A DNA stretch of 64,000 bases from Ophelia neglecta (GCA_965285935.1 OZ260664.1:32798001-32862000), one strand, 5' to 3'. Positions 37,864 to 50,756 are shown, numbered from the stretch's first letter. Notes: generated by a model from the letters alone, not told the origin. Numbers and translations are program-made.

Positions 37864-40800
37864 TAGCTCTTTGGATTGATTGATTATCGATAGTTAATTG
37901 CGAATGTGTTTACCAGATAATGATTAATTGATAATTTAATAAATTTACCCGACATCTAGCGCCAACAATGTCCTCTACATACAAGTACTAGGGAATATTG
38001 GTCCATTATTAATGAACTTAAAGCAAAATCGTGTAGGCATACATGATACATCAGCTATAGGCCTATATGAACTGTACAATACACATTTTCATTATTTGCA
38101 TAATCAGCATACATAATGTCTAGGCAATAACATTTGATCGAACAAGTTATAACGATGATCTATTGGACAATGTGGAACATTAATGATATATTTTTCAATT
38201 GCTTGCTGTATCACAGCTAGGTAGACACATCTCTTTTTTTGGGTTGATATTATCAACACTCTGTACTATTCGCGCTTTTAACCTGGATGAAGAATATAAA
38301 GACACCGTAGAAAGATAAGTGCTGCTAAAAGGATATTGATTTTGGCTTTTGCTTCTAAACTAAATTTCCATTATCCGTGTAAAGCTTATAATCAATAAGC
38401 AATTTAAAACACATGCTATTTCAATTAAACAGATCTCGTTCAATTTCAGAAATAAAACAAGTCGCATTTGTTGGGTACCATACGGTCTCGTGCGCTTAAC
38501 CTGTTAAGGTTGAACGCGTCTACTATACAATGGACGTATTTTGTACACTATACGTACACAACCGAGCTTATCAAAGCAAACAAACCAGCCCCCTTGTTTA
38601 TGACGCTATTCGTAGTGTCGTAACATCACACAACGTGATATTTGAGGTAAAGCTTCTCAACAGGAGTCAACCAATAAATACTGTCTGCGATTATGGTGAT
38701 TATAGCATCTAAATAATTTAAAGATATATAGATTGCCTACATACTCAACAGACTTTTACTATTTCACTACAAATAGGGAGGTTCAATAAATGAGGCACTG
38801 CAATTATGTATTGTATTGTATTTAGGAATGTATGCTATTGCTTATTCCAATTTTAAGATATATTTTTGTAAGCACCACCTTCACTATGTGCGTACTACGA
38901 CGTCAAATCCGTCACTATGCCTCAATGTGTTATGCTATATACTACATGTCGCAATTCCACTAGGATAGCATTGAAATTTTCTTGACGCGTGCATGGCCAA
39001 AATCGTAGACCGGCGCGTCCGGGTCGCTCACAATTTACCGCTATGACGTAACGACATTGCGTTTTTTTAACAACCGGAAGAAGAATTCTGATAATTTTCA
39101 GGCATGTTGTTTTGACCGACAGGAGCTCTTGTGCTAAATTTCAGACTTTACCGTTCCCGGCCGCAGTCAGGAAAACAAAAAATAGAAAAAGCAGTAGCGT
39201 AAATTCCGCTAGCCACCAAATCGCGAAGAAGCGTCCCATACGAAATACGAAATTTGGCGGAGGAAATCTATTGGCCATCGAAAACGTGGGGTTCGCACTA
39301 GGTTTCGACAAAAAAGCGCCTGTTGAGCTTTTGAGTGAGTGAGCTAGATTGAGGGATACTTTTTGTATGCACGATCACATGTTTGGCTACCTTTAAAGGG
39401 TTAAATGTCATATATCAGGACAGAAACAGTTTGGGCGTGAAAACATTCAACTTTTTTTTTCGGATAATCCTAAATACTTTTCCGCCGACCAATGGCCCAC
39501 TAGTTTCAGCCTTTCTCGTAATCAGGCAGGATTTAGTCTAAATAGCGCTACGAAGTTTGTCCCTGGTTTCCGAATATCGCTGACTGATTGCTGGCCGTAG
39601 CCGTGTCAACGAGCATTCTTATTCGAACAGCAGGGTTTGGAGCCCAAATAGTTATTTTTGCCGCAAATATCAGCTAAACTGCGTTCATAGCTAACGATAA
39701 CCAAATATCGCCCTGCGCGGTTCGAACAATTTAAACTGCTGAACACATTCGAAACTGCTTTACCGCTTTATTCTGTATAATCACATAGCAGACGACAATT
39801 TGCCATAGGCTATAAAGTTAACCCGCTTACGTTAATTGCTACAGTTCCCCGAAACTTATTCCATGGATAATTTGGTAACCTTAATTTATAGTAATATGAT
39901 ATATGTTTAACATGTTTGTAAAAAATAGAATGACTTAAATGTAGTAAAAGTGTTTACAAACTGGAATAGACAAGACTACTGCCCTGCCATCTAGTGACAC
40001 AGCTCTGCATACTTAATTATACTGCTCGCTTAGAATATTAGTAATATCCATATTCAACTTGAGATCGGGCAGATTATGCCAAGATATTCCAATATTAGAC
40101 ATGTTATAAAAATAATTTTGCTTCAAGGCTTAGTTTTTTGCAATTAACCTTATTGTTTTTAAATGTTAAATGTCCATTATAGCCCTGTAAACACGTTATA
40201 ATTATGAATCAAAATTTCCCACTATGAATTAGTTATCTAGTTCTTAGCAGTTGACAAACAAATTTATGAAATATACAGCTAAAAGCGGGCCACCAAAATA
40301 TGTTATTAAGGTTTCGCTTATCTTTTCATGATATTGAAACATGTAGTGGGAAAAAAACAAGTAATAGCTGTTTGTAGTGCCGCCAATATTTTGGTCTCAA
40401 CATGTGTCCTATTTTTTGCGGTTGGATATTTCACGGTAAATTTGACCGGCGTATTTTCCCTGGTAAAATGTCATTCGGGCAGGTAAAATTTTAATGTTTT
40501 TCTGCCCGATGTCTTGTGGAGAGCAGCAACTCTGGGATCACATGATTATTGTTGAAGTTTTTTGTATCTCAAACAACACGCGTTTTCAGTCATTTTGGAC
40601 GATATTGCTTGCTGTATTGGTGCTGTAGATTTGCCAGTTAAGTATAGCGAGTTCATACCAAACATGACGGCTGCTTTCCTCCATTTACCAACGTAATAAC
40701 ATAAATCACGTGGTGTATGTTCACAGAACTCTCGTAACTCACCACAAAGTCGCATTAGACTCATCTAGATAGAAAATTGGCCGGAAACGAGGTGGTCAGC

Positions 40801-41007
40801 CCTGTATATTTCCTAGCATGTAATCCCTATCAGTGCTAGTCACTTCCTATTTACAACCAGGTTAGTGCAGCATTCGATGCTGGTTGCAACAGATGTACAA
40901 TTAATTTTTATGTCTCCTATGTTAACACATGGTATCTAGAAATCAATCATTCAGTAGATGGTGTTTGTCCAATACAATCCCATCTTAATATAATATTGAT
41001 AACTACA

Positions 41008-41320
41008 ATAATATTTATTTATAAAGCACCAATGCCGTGGTTCGCTCAAAGGCGCTTTACAATATTAAGAAGCAATTCAAATATTATAACAAGCAATTAT
41101 TGAATTCAGTCCATGGGTAACATTGAATATACTATTATCATAAATAATATCGTTAATTTCATAAGAGACAAACGATATGCCACTTTTATCCAAAGGCCCC
41201 TCTCATTTAAATGGTAAGCCTTCAATGAGATTTTGAAAGACGAAAAACACGGACTGTCTCTAATGTCCATGGGAAGACTTTTCCAAAATGTAGGGTATGC
41301 ATACGAGTCTGACGTAGGGG
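41008..41320 (-). mobile_element. Decayed 3' end of an L2 LINE
   Basis: Minus-strand peptide YAYPTFWKSLPMDIRDSPCFSSFKISLKAYH resembles the C-terminus of the L2 at 16882 (APKLWNSLPINIKSSPSVTVFKSRLKTHYF); GTAAAGCGCC...GGTGCTTTATAAATAAAT 3' end. Confidence 0.7.
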
Positions 41321-44300
41321 ATGTGAAGGAGCTTTTTGTCACTTGTTCTTTGTGTACGAGTTGGTTCATGACTAAAAAGTATTTCCCAGAGGTAGGCTGG
41401 CGCCTTCCTATTTAGACACTTGTAGGCCAATTAGTCCGAGATTCCTCTGCCTCTTACACCACGACCATGAGTAACTTTTTATATGGCATGGTCTCGTCAG
41501 AGACACTCCTGTATAAAAACACGCAAACTTTGCGCATCCACTTTGGATGCGGCCCCCTACCCGCTTTCGGCAAGTTTCACGGACACAAGCGAAAAGAATA
41601 GAAATACATATCAGCCATCGATCGATTCCTCAGATATTTGCCTCGACGTACGAATACTCCCGAAAGTGCTTATCGGCATTTTTCATACTCTTTTGGGCCT
41701 CAAAACGTCACTGTTTACATGCCAAATAAATGATATTGCTGTAACGTAAAGAATGAAAACAATTTAGGAAAGCCCTGGACATATTAAAATAAATCATCAA
41801 ACATGAAAAAAGAGTCAAACAATATTTTGGGAATGGAAATGTTCTTTTATACCTAACGAGTTTTTAATGTTTGTATTTTGTATGAATGTGCAGGTATATT
41901 GTTAAACAATTATGACGGAAGTAAATCTAAAGTGGAAAGTTATAATTTAATATGTATAGGGTAGAAACTATTTTTAGCTTAAACATGTGATTAACATCAG
42001 TAACCAGAAAAGGTTCATATCAAATAATACTAATAAGTTCTATGCGACAAAGTAGGCTTGACCGCAATAATGTTTCAAACATTCTAACAGAGCTTATGGT
42101 CGTTAAAACAAAAACGTCACTTATATTGAAACATTCGTTATAGATAAAGCACAAAGTAGAGAATATTATTCTAACATTGCACACTGGTTTTTGATCGGTA
42201 CTAACTTAGTGGCCCTGAAACATACATAATAAACAAGAGGCGTCTATATACATAAATCAACTTGTTTTTCCTGCAGTCCATCGTACATTTTAGCACCTGC
42301 GAACTAGCCAACTAGGGCGGGAAGTATTGTCGAACAAAGAGCAGTATCCTTGATAAAACAGCTGGCTGCTAAATTATGGATGAAGGTCAACTTCCGTGCT
42401 TCCCTCGTAGCAGAGTACACAGCTGTGATGCGGAGAAGCTATGCGATAAGCATTAGCCTCTGCTGCGAAGGGTAGTTCCGTGCGTGATCGCTTCCCGATT
42501 AACTGCCGAGGCACGTTTGTTGGGAGCCGGGTATCCCTGTCGGTATTTCAAGGTATGAATGATGTACCGGTGATTTGCATAATAGAAATAAATAAAAAGT
42601 TGCCTATTTTTCAAATTTCAAAAGATAAATATTCTATACTCGAAATTGTTTGTCAAATTTTGTTAGTCTTCAGTGAAATGTATCGACTGTTCGAATCCCA
42701 CGTGTTATGTGTATGCATGTGGAACTTCCACTTTTGGTATTTCACATCTGAGCAATGGACATGAGACAAAACTGTGTTTTGAGTGTGCAGAAAACAATCC
42801 ATTTGGGAATAATAATTAGTGCTTTATCTTTTCAAATATGATAATTGAGAAGCACAATATACACTTGGAAGGAAGGATGACAAGTTATTCGAAATAAGAT
42901 TCCATTGTGTGTGTTAGCCGAACCGGTGACTTGACGTGGTTGATAGGTTAATATATGTATTATATGAGAAATAATCAAGCATATAACGAGTCAATCTATT
43001 ACTCAAATAAGTGCCAGGCTATATATATGTTTCAATATCGGTCTTCTCTTTAATAATTCATTGACTTCACCATACGAATCAGATATCAATACGCATCCCA
43101 TCATACCACCTGCATCCTGCCACCTCCAAATGACTGATCTTGTCGAGGTAGTTAATCGTCGCTCGTAGCAGCCGATACATTCGTAATCGATTCTGGAAAG
43201 AACGCCGGATGGCCTGATGTCTTGAAACAGTGTCTTTTGAACACTGATTTAATGTCTACTAACAGAACCCGAGTGATCTTTTGTTCTTCCAACGATGCAT
43301 GGGTATGACAGTCAGAACTATGTCAATAATCGAAAAATCTAATAAATACAATTATTTTGTTCTTTCAGAAATGTACCATCTGCTGTCAAATATCAAGTAA
43401 GAGCACCGAGTAAGCGTTAATTTGAGCAGAAACGATTTTTTTGAAGATGAATAGAAATGCTGTTAAAACATTGCCGCCGGATTGCATATTTTGTTGTAGA
43501 TTGACTTAAATTTTCGTTCAAATAAATTCTTGAAATATAGACTTGTATGAGGTATATTGATTCGTCGATACTTTTCACATTGATTCACTTCATAAATATC
43601 ATGATATATTTTGAAAGAGTTACAGGAACACTCTAAGATGGTCAGACACTACCTTCAAATGCCAATTGTTATATCTTCTGTTATTTGCAATACTATGTTT
43701 TCAAATAACTACCAAATTTAGGGTAACCATTAGAAAGGTATAGAATTGGAGAGAACACATCCAGGGGTTTCCAATCAGAATGCACGATGAAATATCAAGG
43801 GGCATGCTTGGCTGCCCATCATTGCAGTGTATCGTAGACACTAAGAAACTCATGTTTTTATGTAAGCTTTGCCATATGCAAATATATCATCTGGCAGATG
43901 ATGTGTTTAAGTTCAGATTACAATCATAGCTAGAACGGTCTCATAGGAATGCAACGAATTGGAGCAGCATTACAATTGTAAACTATATACGTACCAATAA
44001 AAACTGCTTCGACCACAGTTAGCGTCCTAATAAAGAAATTCAATCAAATCGATCAATAAAAAAGGGCTATTAAATTTTGTAGATTGATTCTGGGCTATAA
44101 ACCATAAATTGCAAATAGAGTCATGTTGGCAAACCTCTGTGGCGATGTAGCCACATCATGAGATGTATTAAATCTTAGGCAGAACTCTGCCATAAATCTG
44201 TATCTCATAACATATGATATAATGTAAAACTGCTACCATTTTACATTTCCTAAATGAACTGGCTTCCTAAGCAAAACTGAAAAATGAAAATGAAGCTCAT

Positions 44301-45145
44301 GCCGAAGGAAACCTCAACATCAATATTCCTCAATCACAATTTCTCCAGCGTATTTGTACTAAATGCCAAGGCCGATACCCAGAGTGCAATATTGAGGAGT
44401 TACTAGTAGCTAATCAGTGCTTTTCTTAGAAGTGGCAACATCAACACTTCTGACACAAATTGCATCTGACTTTAGTTTGAAACTAATTCTTTAATACCAA
44501 TTTCAGCTAAACAGTAACAGAATCGATATGAACAGGAAACTAGGTCAACCATTCATGGACAGTACGAACGAATCTTAATAATGAGATTGATGTACTCGTT
44601 ACTAATATATCTTTATCCTTTTTAATGCCGAATTCAATAATAGAATTTTAGAGCATATTTAGCTTTTGGATTTGAATTTAAAACACCGAGACATGTTTGA
44701 TTAATCGCGAAGGGATTAAATGTTCAAATATTTAACACATTGCGTTTGGAAACTCTGCGAGGTCAATGATTATTATATCCTAGGTGATACAATATATTGA
44801 CTTAGTTTATATTGACATCTTCTTAACGGATTTTTTTGAGGATAAATATGATAATGACATAAAAAAATCCGTTTAAAGGAATGCAGCATTGCTAAAGGAT
44901 CAATCGTTTGTCTCGCATTAAAAATTGCCTATGTAGTGTTATTTTACTTCAGTTTGCCTATTAAAGTTGATCCATTGCTGTCCACAAGTCTCCTGCTTGC
45001 CTCTCAACTTCGTGCACGCACGGCTCCAAGTCGTCAAATCTTTCCAAGGCTTTCCCAGTTAGTTTTCAAGTTCACGTATCTTCCTATAATGACTTAGTAT
45101 ACGTTTCTATTGTCACAAGTCAAGATTCTTTTGGGGAAGGTGGAA

Positions 45146-45217
45146 GGCAACTGTCTACTACAACATTATCGATAATGTTCTAGAAGATTATTGATAATGT
45201 TGTAGTAGACGGTTGTC
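45146..45217. repeat. 72-nt near-perfect palindrome centred on TTCTAGAA
   Basis: Arms CAACTGTCTACTACAACATTATC / GATAATGTTGTAGTAGACGGTTG; the inner part is also self-complementary. Confidence 0.9.
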
Positions 45218-45238
45218 TAGTCACTGTCTGGCTTGACC

Positions 45239-45304
45239 GTCTGGCACAATCTGTGACTGCCTGACTGCATAGTCTGGCACAATCTGTGACTGCCTGACTG
45301 CATA
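45239..45304 (+). repeat. Exact 33-bp tandem duplication
   Basis: GTCTGGCACAATCTGTGACTGCCTGACTGCATA x2. Confidence 0.95.
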
Positions 45305-45833
45305 CAGGTCTGTGAATATGTATAGCACAATTCCTCCACCGGGAGTTGACTTAATTCTAATGAAGTTTCTTCGTCAAACAAATTGTTTTCAATGTTGCTA
45401 CAAAATTGGCTAAACACTAAATCTGAGAGACCAGTATCCTTCATATTGCTGTCATAAATTTCAACTGTATAGCCTATGGATATTGGGCCATGAGGCAAAC
45501 CAAGTGAGGGCTAGCTAACCTTGTACATGCAGGTAAATCTATCAGGTGATTTGTGTAATTAAATTCATGGCCAGGGCCCCGCCTGTTTGAAGCAGGACCA
45601 TATCAAGCATACCTAGCCTTACTTGTGGACACAGGTTCACTGCATAATTAATTTTGTACATCAAATCACTAGGCCTGTATATCAGTCCATTTATTGCCAG
45701 ACGAGTGTCCAGCGAATGACCACCTAGGGGCGGAGCAGACAGTGTCTGCAGCACAGTCTAGTATTTTGGTCACATTGGCCAACTGTCTGGTTTATAATTA
45801 TTCCAACAAAATCTATTTAAACGTTTATACTAA

Positions 45834-45942
45834 GTGAGACAGTGTTCGAGGCTCCAGGGTCATTCCTAATAAAGTGCTCCAGGGCTGCGCCCTGTCGCAC
45901 TTTATTATGAATAACCCTGGAGCCTCGAACACTATCTCTCAC
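45834..45942. mobile_element. 109-nt fold-back element (MITE-like hairpin)
   Basis: Arms of about 44 nt (AGTGTTCGAGGCTCCAGGGT...TAATAAAGTGC and its reverse complement) plus an inner CAGGGC/GCCCTG stem. Confidence 0.75.
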
Positions 45943-47039
45943 ATAGAACTCCGCGAGCTATAACAACAGTACCTTCAATGAAGTATTATTGGCGCATACT
46001 ACGAGATGAGGTATCATGCATACTGCGAATTCCCGATGTTTTCTTACCATTTGGTAGAAGATTCGGACTGGTATTGTTTGATATTCTGCCAAGTAGGCAA
46101 ATCCTTACCTTAGTGACCTGAAAGAATGGGCACAGTCAAAGGAGCAGTATCTCAACGCAGGAGAATTAAGGTACATGCCGTTCTATACGAGACTCGAAGG
46201 CCACTAGCCTTGTACCCGCGTGCTTTATTTCTGTGGTTTACGCCACAATTTGTCTTAAATAAAACCTCCCACGTCAGGCAGATTGTCTTCCGAAATTTAA
46301 TGTTTCTAGTGCGTCGCAATGCTGATTGTGATTTAGCCCAACCAAGTTGTGGCAAAAAAAAAGCAAAGCAGAAATTAGCAGACACATGCATTGAGACATT
46401 GGGTAATGGACTAAGTGTAGCAAAGAGACACATACCGTAGAATCCGGCAAACAGGTTTGCCCTAACTTACTCTAGGTCAGAACAAATTGGCATTAAAAGC
46501 TCACATCGGGGGTAACTGGAAGACTTGCCCATATTGGAACTTGTCATTTGGCTAAAGTGATATGCCAATCTTTTTAATGATACCGCTCTCGCGTGGGTAG
46601 CTAGGGACACACGGGATTGATGTATGCCTAGGTCACTTTTAAGTGGATGATGCTCGGTTAGCTGGCTTTTAACCTTCCCATTAAGTCTGTAGCACGCCTT
46701 CCCTGGGTTCGGGCAGAATGGAGCCGAAATATTTTCCAGTCCTGATGGGTCTCGAACTCGTATTCTCCCAGTCACGTGTGAAACGCTTTAACAGTGAACA
46801 CATTAGCCAGCTGTGCTTCAGAGGACCGGTATGCTGATGATCCATTTGTTTGGCCAACAGCACTTGCAAATTATGCAAATTAACTTGTCGGCGGCTACAT
46901 GTTGTAAATAGCGCTAAATCATTTCACTTGCAAGTCTTTTTGGTACTTGTCTAAGTTGCTGTGTTCTACTTTCTGAAAAGTATTATGGAATTTAAAGCAT
47001 ATAGAACATACCATTGGCTTAGAGAAGCATTAAAATTCA

Positions 47040-47352
47040 TTAAAAATCCTCATTGAAAATGCCAAAGGTGATATTAACTGCACGAGTATAAATAACAAAG
47101 AAGCACTAACAACTAAACATGATAACAATATCCAAAATCTATTCTATGGTGAACAAAAATTAAAATCACCGACCCACAATTAATTGAAGACAAATTTAAT
47201 GCATACATCGCTAACATAGGGATAATGATCAATTGGACCTCCCAGAACAGTAATTTACCTGATTTTACTTGATGTATTAGAACTGATGGCAACTAAAATT
47301 GACAGGAAACTACACATAGATTCTATATTGATCGACCTCACAAAGCTTTGAT
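47040..47352 (+). pseudogene. Highly decayed, internally deleted LINE RT relic
   Basis: KITDPQLIEDKFNAYIANIG (from 47162) resembles ITDPTTISNKFNSFFVNIG of the LINE at about 61168; KIDRKLHIDSILIDLTK resembles the RT 'DLSKAFD' motif. Confidence 0.6.
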
Positions 47353-49395
47353 TGGCTTTATCTGGCGTCATGAATAGATTGAATTCAATCTAATCATACT
47401 ATGTGTTACAGGATATTGCCAAACGGAAGGTGTCTGTCTAAGATATATGACGTATTTGAAATCAAATGTAATTTCAAATTAACTTTTAGTTTAAAACTAT
47501 TGTAACACTTTAAACATAAAATGCTGTTTTCCGCGAGGGGCAGACAATGCTAACGAGCAAAGGTAACAAAACAACTTATATGCATATATTTGTATAAATA
47601 AGATTATTAGTGACTTTTGCTTGGTGAAAACCTTAGTAACATTAATTTGTCGATATTGTGTATGGATTTTTACGGAACTCATCAAATTTCGTTTTTGCAC
47701 AGTTGTCCAGTTAGTCACCTCATATGAATGCATAATACACCCCTTCGTATCATTAAGAGTTTTTTTTTTAGAAGTGCATGTTGAAGGGTTCAGAAGGATG
47801 GGTTTTGGGCGGAACCTAGGAACGAGGATTGGGGAAATTGGAACGCACAGTAATCTTTTGGAAAATAAGTTGGCTAAATAAGTAGTTTATAAAAACGGTC
47901 TCTTCAATGAAATAGACTGGCCGAATAGAAATCTATATCATCAGCACCATTGGTCAAGAAAACTGTTCACCTTTGCAATCATGGGCGTATAAATATGGGC
48001 TGTATAATTCGATTTAGGCGTCCTTTTTCCGTACATATATTACATTTGCATGTTTTCATAATCGAATTGATGTAAAGAACATTTCGCTTTTATCGCTAAG
48101 CAGACACCAACTAATTGCGCATCTTTCTGGTGCAACCGTTTAGCCATGAGCATGAGGCTTGCCCCACAATGAGCTTACTCTTCTGGCATCTCACCGCTAA
48201 TAAGAGAGAGCTTCAGATGCAGCTGTGCTTTTTTAACTACACTAATATTAAAGCTGAACAAATAAGGCAAACTATGAATATTTCGTTCCACACTGTACCT
48301 ACTTCTTTGTGGTAATATGTACGCCCTAAAACACTTGGTAAACTATCTGTTGCGAGTGAGTGCTCGATATAAAATTCTTGTCTCAGTGTTGCTGCAGCGA
48401 AATATCACTTGAACACAGTGTCATTTTAGGTCTACATCTATTTCATTAGGTATTCCGAGTGTTATTTGGTTATCTATTAATCATTGTGGACACAACTCTC
48501 AACGGCGCCAACTTATTGTTTATTAATGCAATATTGTATGAGTTTATTAACCTACACCCAAAGCGTCTGCTATTAGATAGTGCAAATTAATTGGTCTGCT
48601 ATAAACGCCAGTGAACCCCAATGTTGTAGATCCTCAGAGGTAAAAAGCCATTATTAGAGCTAATATACTAGATGAATACTGTTGATGCCAATAAATATTC
48701 TTCCAACATATTTACGACCAGTTCAGATTCTTTAGGCACTCGTTGTGAGGATGCTTTATAATTCCCACATGAAAAATTTCAAATGGAACCACCATGAACA
48801 GAACCAAGTGAACTAAAATATCCAGGGCATATGAACAGTGTTGAATAGATCTATAGTTGCAAACTGTTTGCAGTGGTGGTATTGTATCATTAAAGGTTGC
48901 CAATATACCTGGTTGTGATAACGTTTTAACCATTGCTAACCTAGCCTAATAAAGAAAGGGGAATACAGAACAACTTACAACGATTGAAAACCCAAACCAT
49001 TTTAACTGTAATATGTACAGGCGAACCGCCGGGAAGTCTGGAATAGCACACCGGGTGCCATTTGAATGGAAAATCATCATACGATTTATTATATTCATTA
49101 CGCGTTTTTCCCCCGGAGTGACACCTATATTAAATCTAGGGAATCAAAACAATGCTTTTCGTTTTTGCAATATAAAAAAAGGAGTGCCGTCAACTCTCCA
49201 GTCCGCCTCGAAATTTGGATAATATTTTGTAGCGGTATAAAACCATAAATAAATTTGAGTCCAAGGAAATATTTCATTGGAAATGCTGAATTTTAAAAAC
49301 AATTTACGATTTCTTTAAAAAATTGTGAAAACCATGTATGCGTTCAAGAATTTTAATTGCATTACAAAATGGAAATATAAAAACATGGTAAATGT

Positions 49396-49557
49396 TTAAA
49401 TGTTCAGAAAGACACACCAGTAAATGATATTAAGAAGGACAAAGCTGACTGGAAATAAAATCCGAGATATCTTATCGGTCTTCCTTGCTAACATTCTGCT
49501 GTTGGGATCATATTGCTTAGGAAGCCCATATGTGTATTCCTCTGTTATCCTCTTCAA
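49396..49557 (-). CDS. Cys-loop anion channel terminal exon (M4)
   Basis: attttag| in phase 0; ...ARKTDKISRILFPVSFVLLNIIYWCVFLNI*. Confidence 0.93.
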   Translation of the reverse strand: MKRITEEYTYGLPKQYDPNSRMLARKTDKISRILFPVSFVLLNIIYWCVFLNI

Positions 49558-49700
49558 CTAAAATAATAAAAAGCCAAAATGTTAATTTGATAGCTCAAGG
49601 AAACCTTGTACTTTATTATTTGATCTTGTGTCGAGTGTAAGGATAACATTGCTAAAATCAACGTTGTCTGGTAGCTGAGCTTGGATCGTGCTTTACTCAC

Positions 49701-49930
49701 TATATCTCCAGCGTGTTCTTGGTCCCGACCATCTGCCTTCACTTTGAGGCTCATTCGCCGGATTTCCTTTCGGGCCAGTGTGTTTACGATTGCAAACTCC
49801 ACCATGGCACCAAAGACAAATAAAACACAAGTGGACATCCATATATCTACGGCTTTTATGTAAGACACACGTGGTAGAGACATCCACACGCCGACATTTT
49901 GTGTTGTCATCGTCAATACTGTGAGAACTC
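49701..49930 (-). CDS. Cys-loop channel exon (M2 C-half, M3, start of the intracellular loop)
   Basis: ttaatag|GA GTT...ATA|gtgagt; GVLTVLTMTT...SLPRVSYIKAVDIWMSTCVLFVFGAMVEFAIVN. Confidence 0.95.
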
Positions 49931-50063
49931 CTATTAAAAACAAATGAACAAAAAAAACTGCCACATATGAACATGCGACATTGTGACATTTCCCAGTATA
50001 ATAGGTTAAAGTACTGTTAATATTTTATTCATTTTCAATATAATCATATATACATAAACTTGC

Positions 50064-50216
50064 CCAGAGAAATCCTTGCCGGCACGGCGTCGATATTCAC
50101 CCAGAATGACACCCAAGACAGTAGAACAATCAGAACACTGGGCACATAATTCTGGATAACGTAATGTCCGTATTCTCTTTTGAGTTTGAACACCACTCGC
50201 AGACATGTGTAATTTC
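50064..50216 (-). CDS. Cys-loop channel exon (loop C end, M1, M1-M2 PAR motif), 153 nt, GC donor
   Basis: tattcag|...G|GCAAGT; [51 protein letters not shown]. Confidence 0.95.
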
Positions 50217-50756
50217 CTGAATAACAATTGCGTTATATGTCTTAATGCACTACGCCTTCTCACGAAATATTATACCCAATCTGATTGAAATGATGCTGCT
50301 GTCCCAACAACATCACGGTATACATTTGTGCAGCGGCGAAAGGGAGACAATGGAAATTCCATCGTCTGAGCAAAATAAATTTTACATTCTCTATTAGAGA
50401 TAGTATTTGTTTGTTTTTATTCCAATTTATGAAAATGACCTGTTGAAGCAAGGGCTCATGTTAATTCTTAGGTCCCTCATAAATTGTCCTTGCGTTCGTT
50501 TTTGTGTAGCACTATTGTTTTTTTAATTGTAAATTTCACTTCTAATGAATTCGTGCTAAGCCACAATTAAATTGCGCTGTCAAACAATACAATTTTAGTC
50601 CGCGTGACAAATGAATCTACATGAGATAAATTAAACATGTTTATTTTAGTGTCCGCAACACTGAGTAGACTGAGTACAAACTAAGTTCCCATACTAACAA
50701 ACTGCATTTATGTACTCATCTGTCAAATTAGTTTGTAAAATTATGAATTCAATAAC

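Noticed and set aside
41440-41510. Hammerhead ribozyme on the minus strand (CTGACGA followed by a 7-bp stem GACCATG/CATGGTC)
   Set aside because: The required GAAA after stem II is GTGG, and no stem III or cleavage triplet can be formed.
46126-46878. ORFs of 65-104 aa on both strands
   Set aside because: No domain similarity that I can recognise and no supported exon chain.
50260-50451. ORF inside the Cys-loop gene as an alternative loop C exon
   Set aside because: The phase-1 reading from its acceptor hits a stop and lacks the loop C/M1 motifs; the true exon is 50064-50216.
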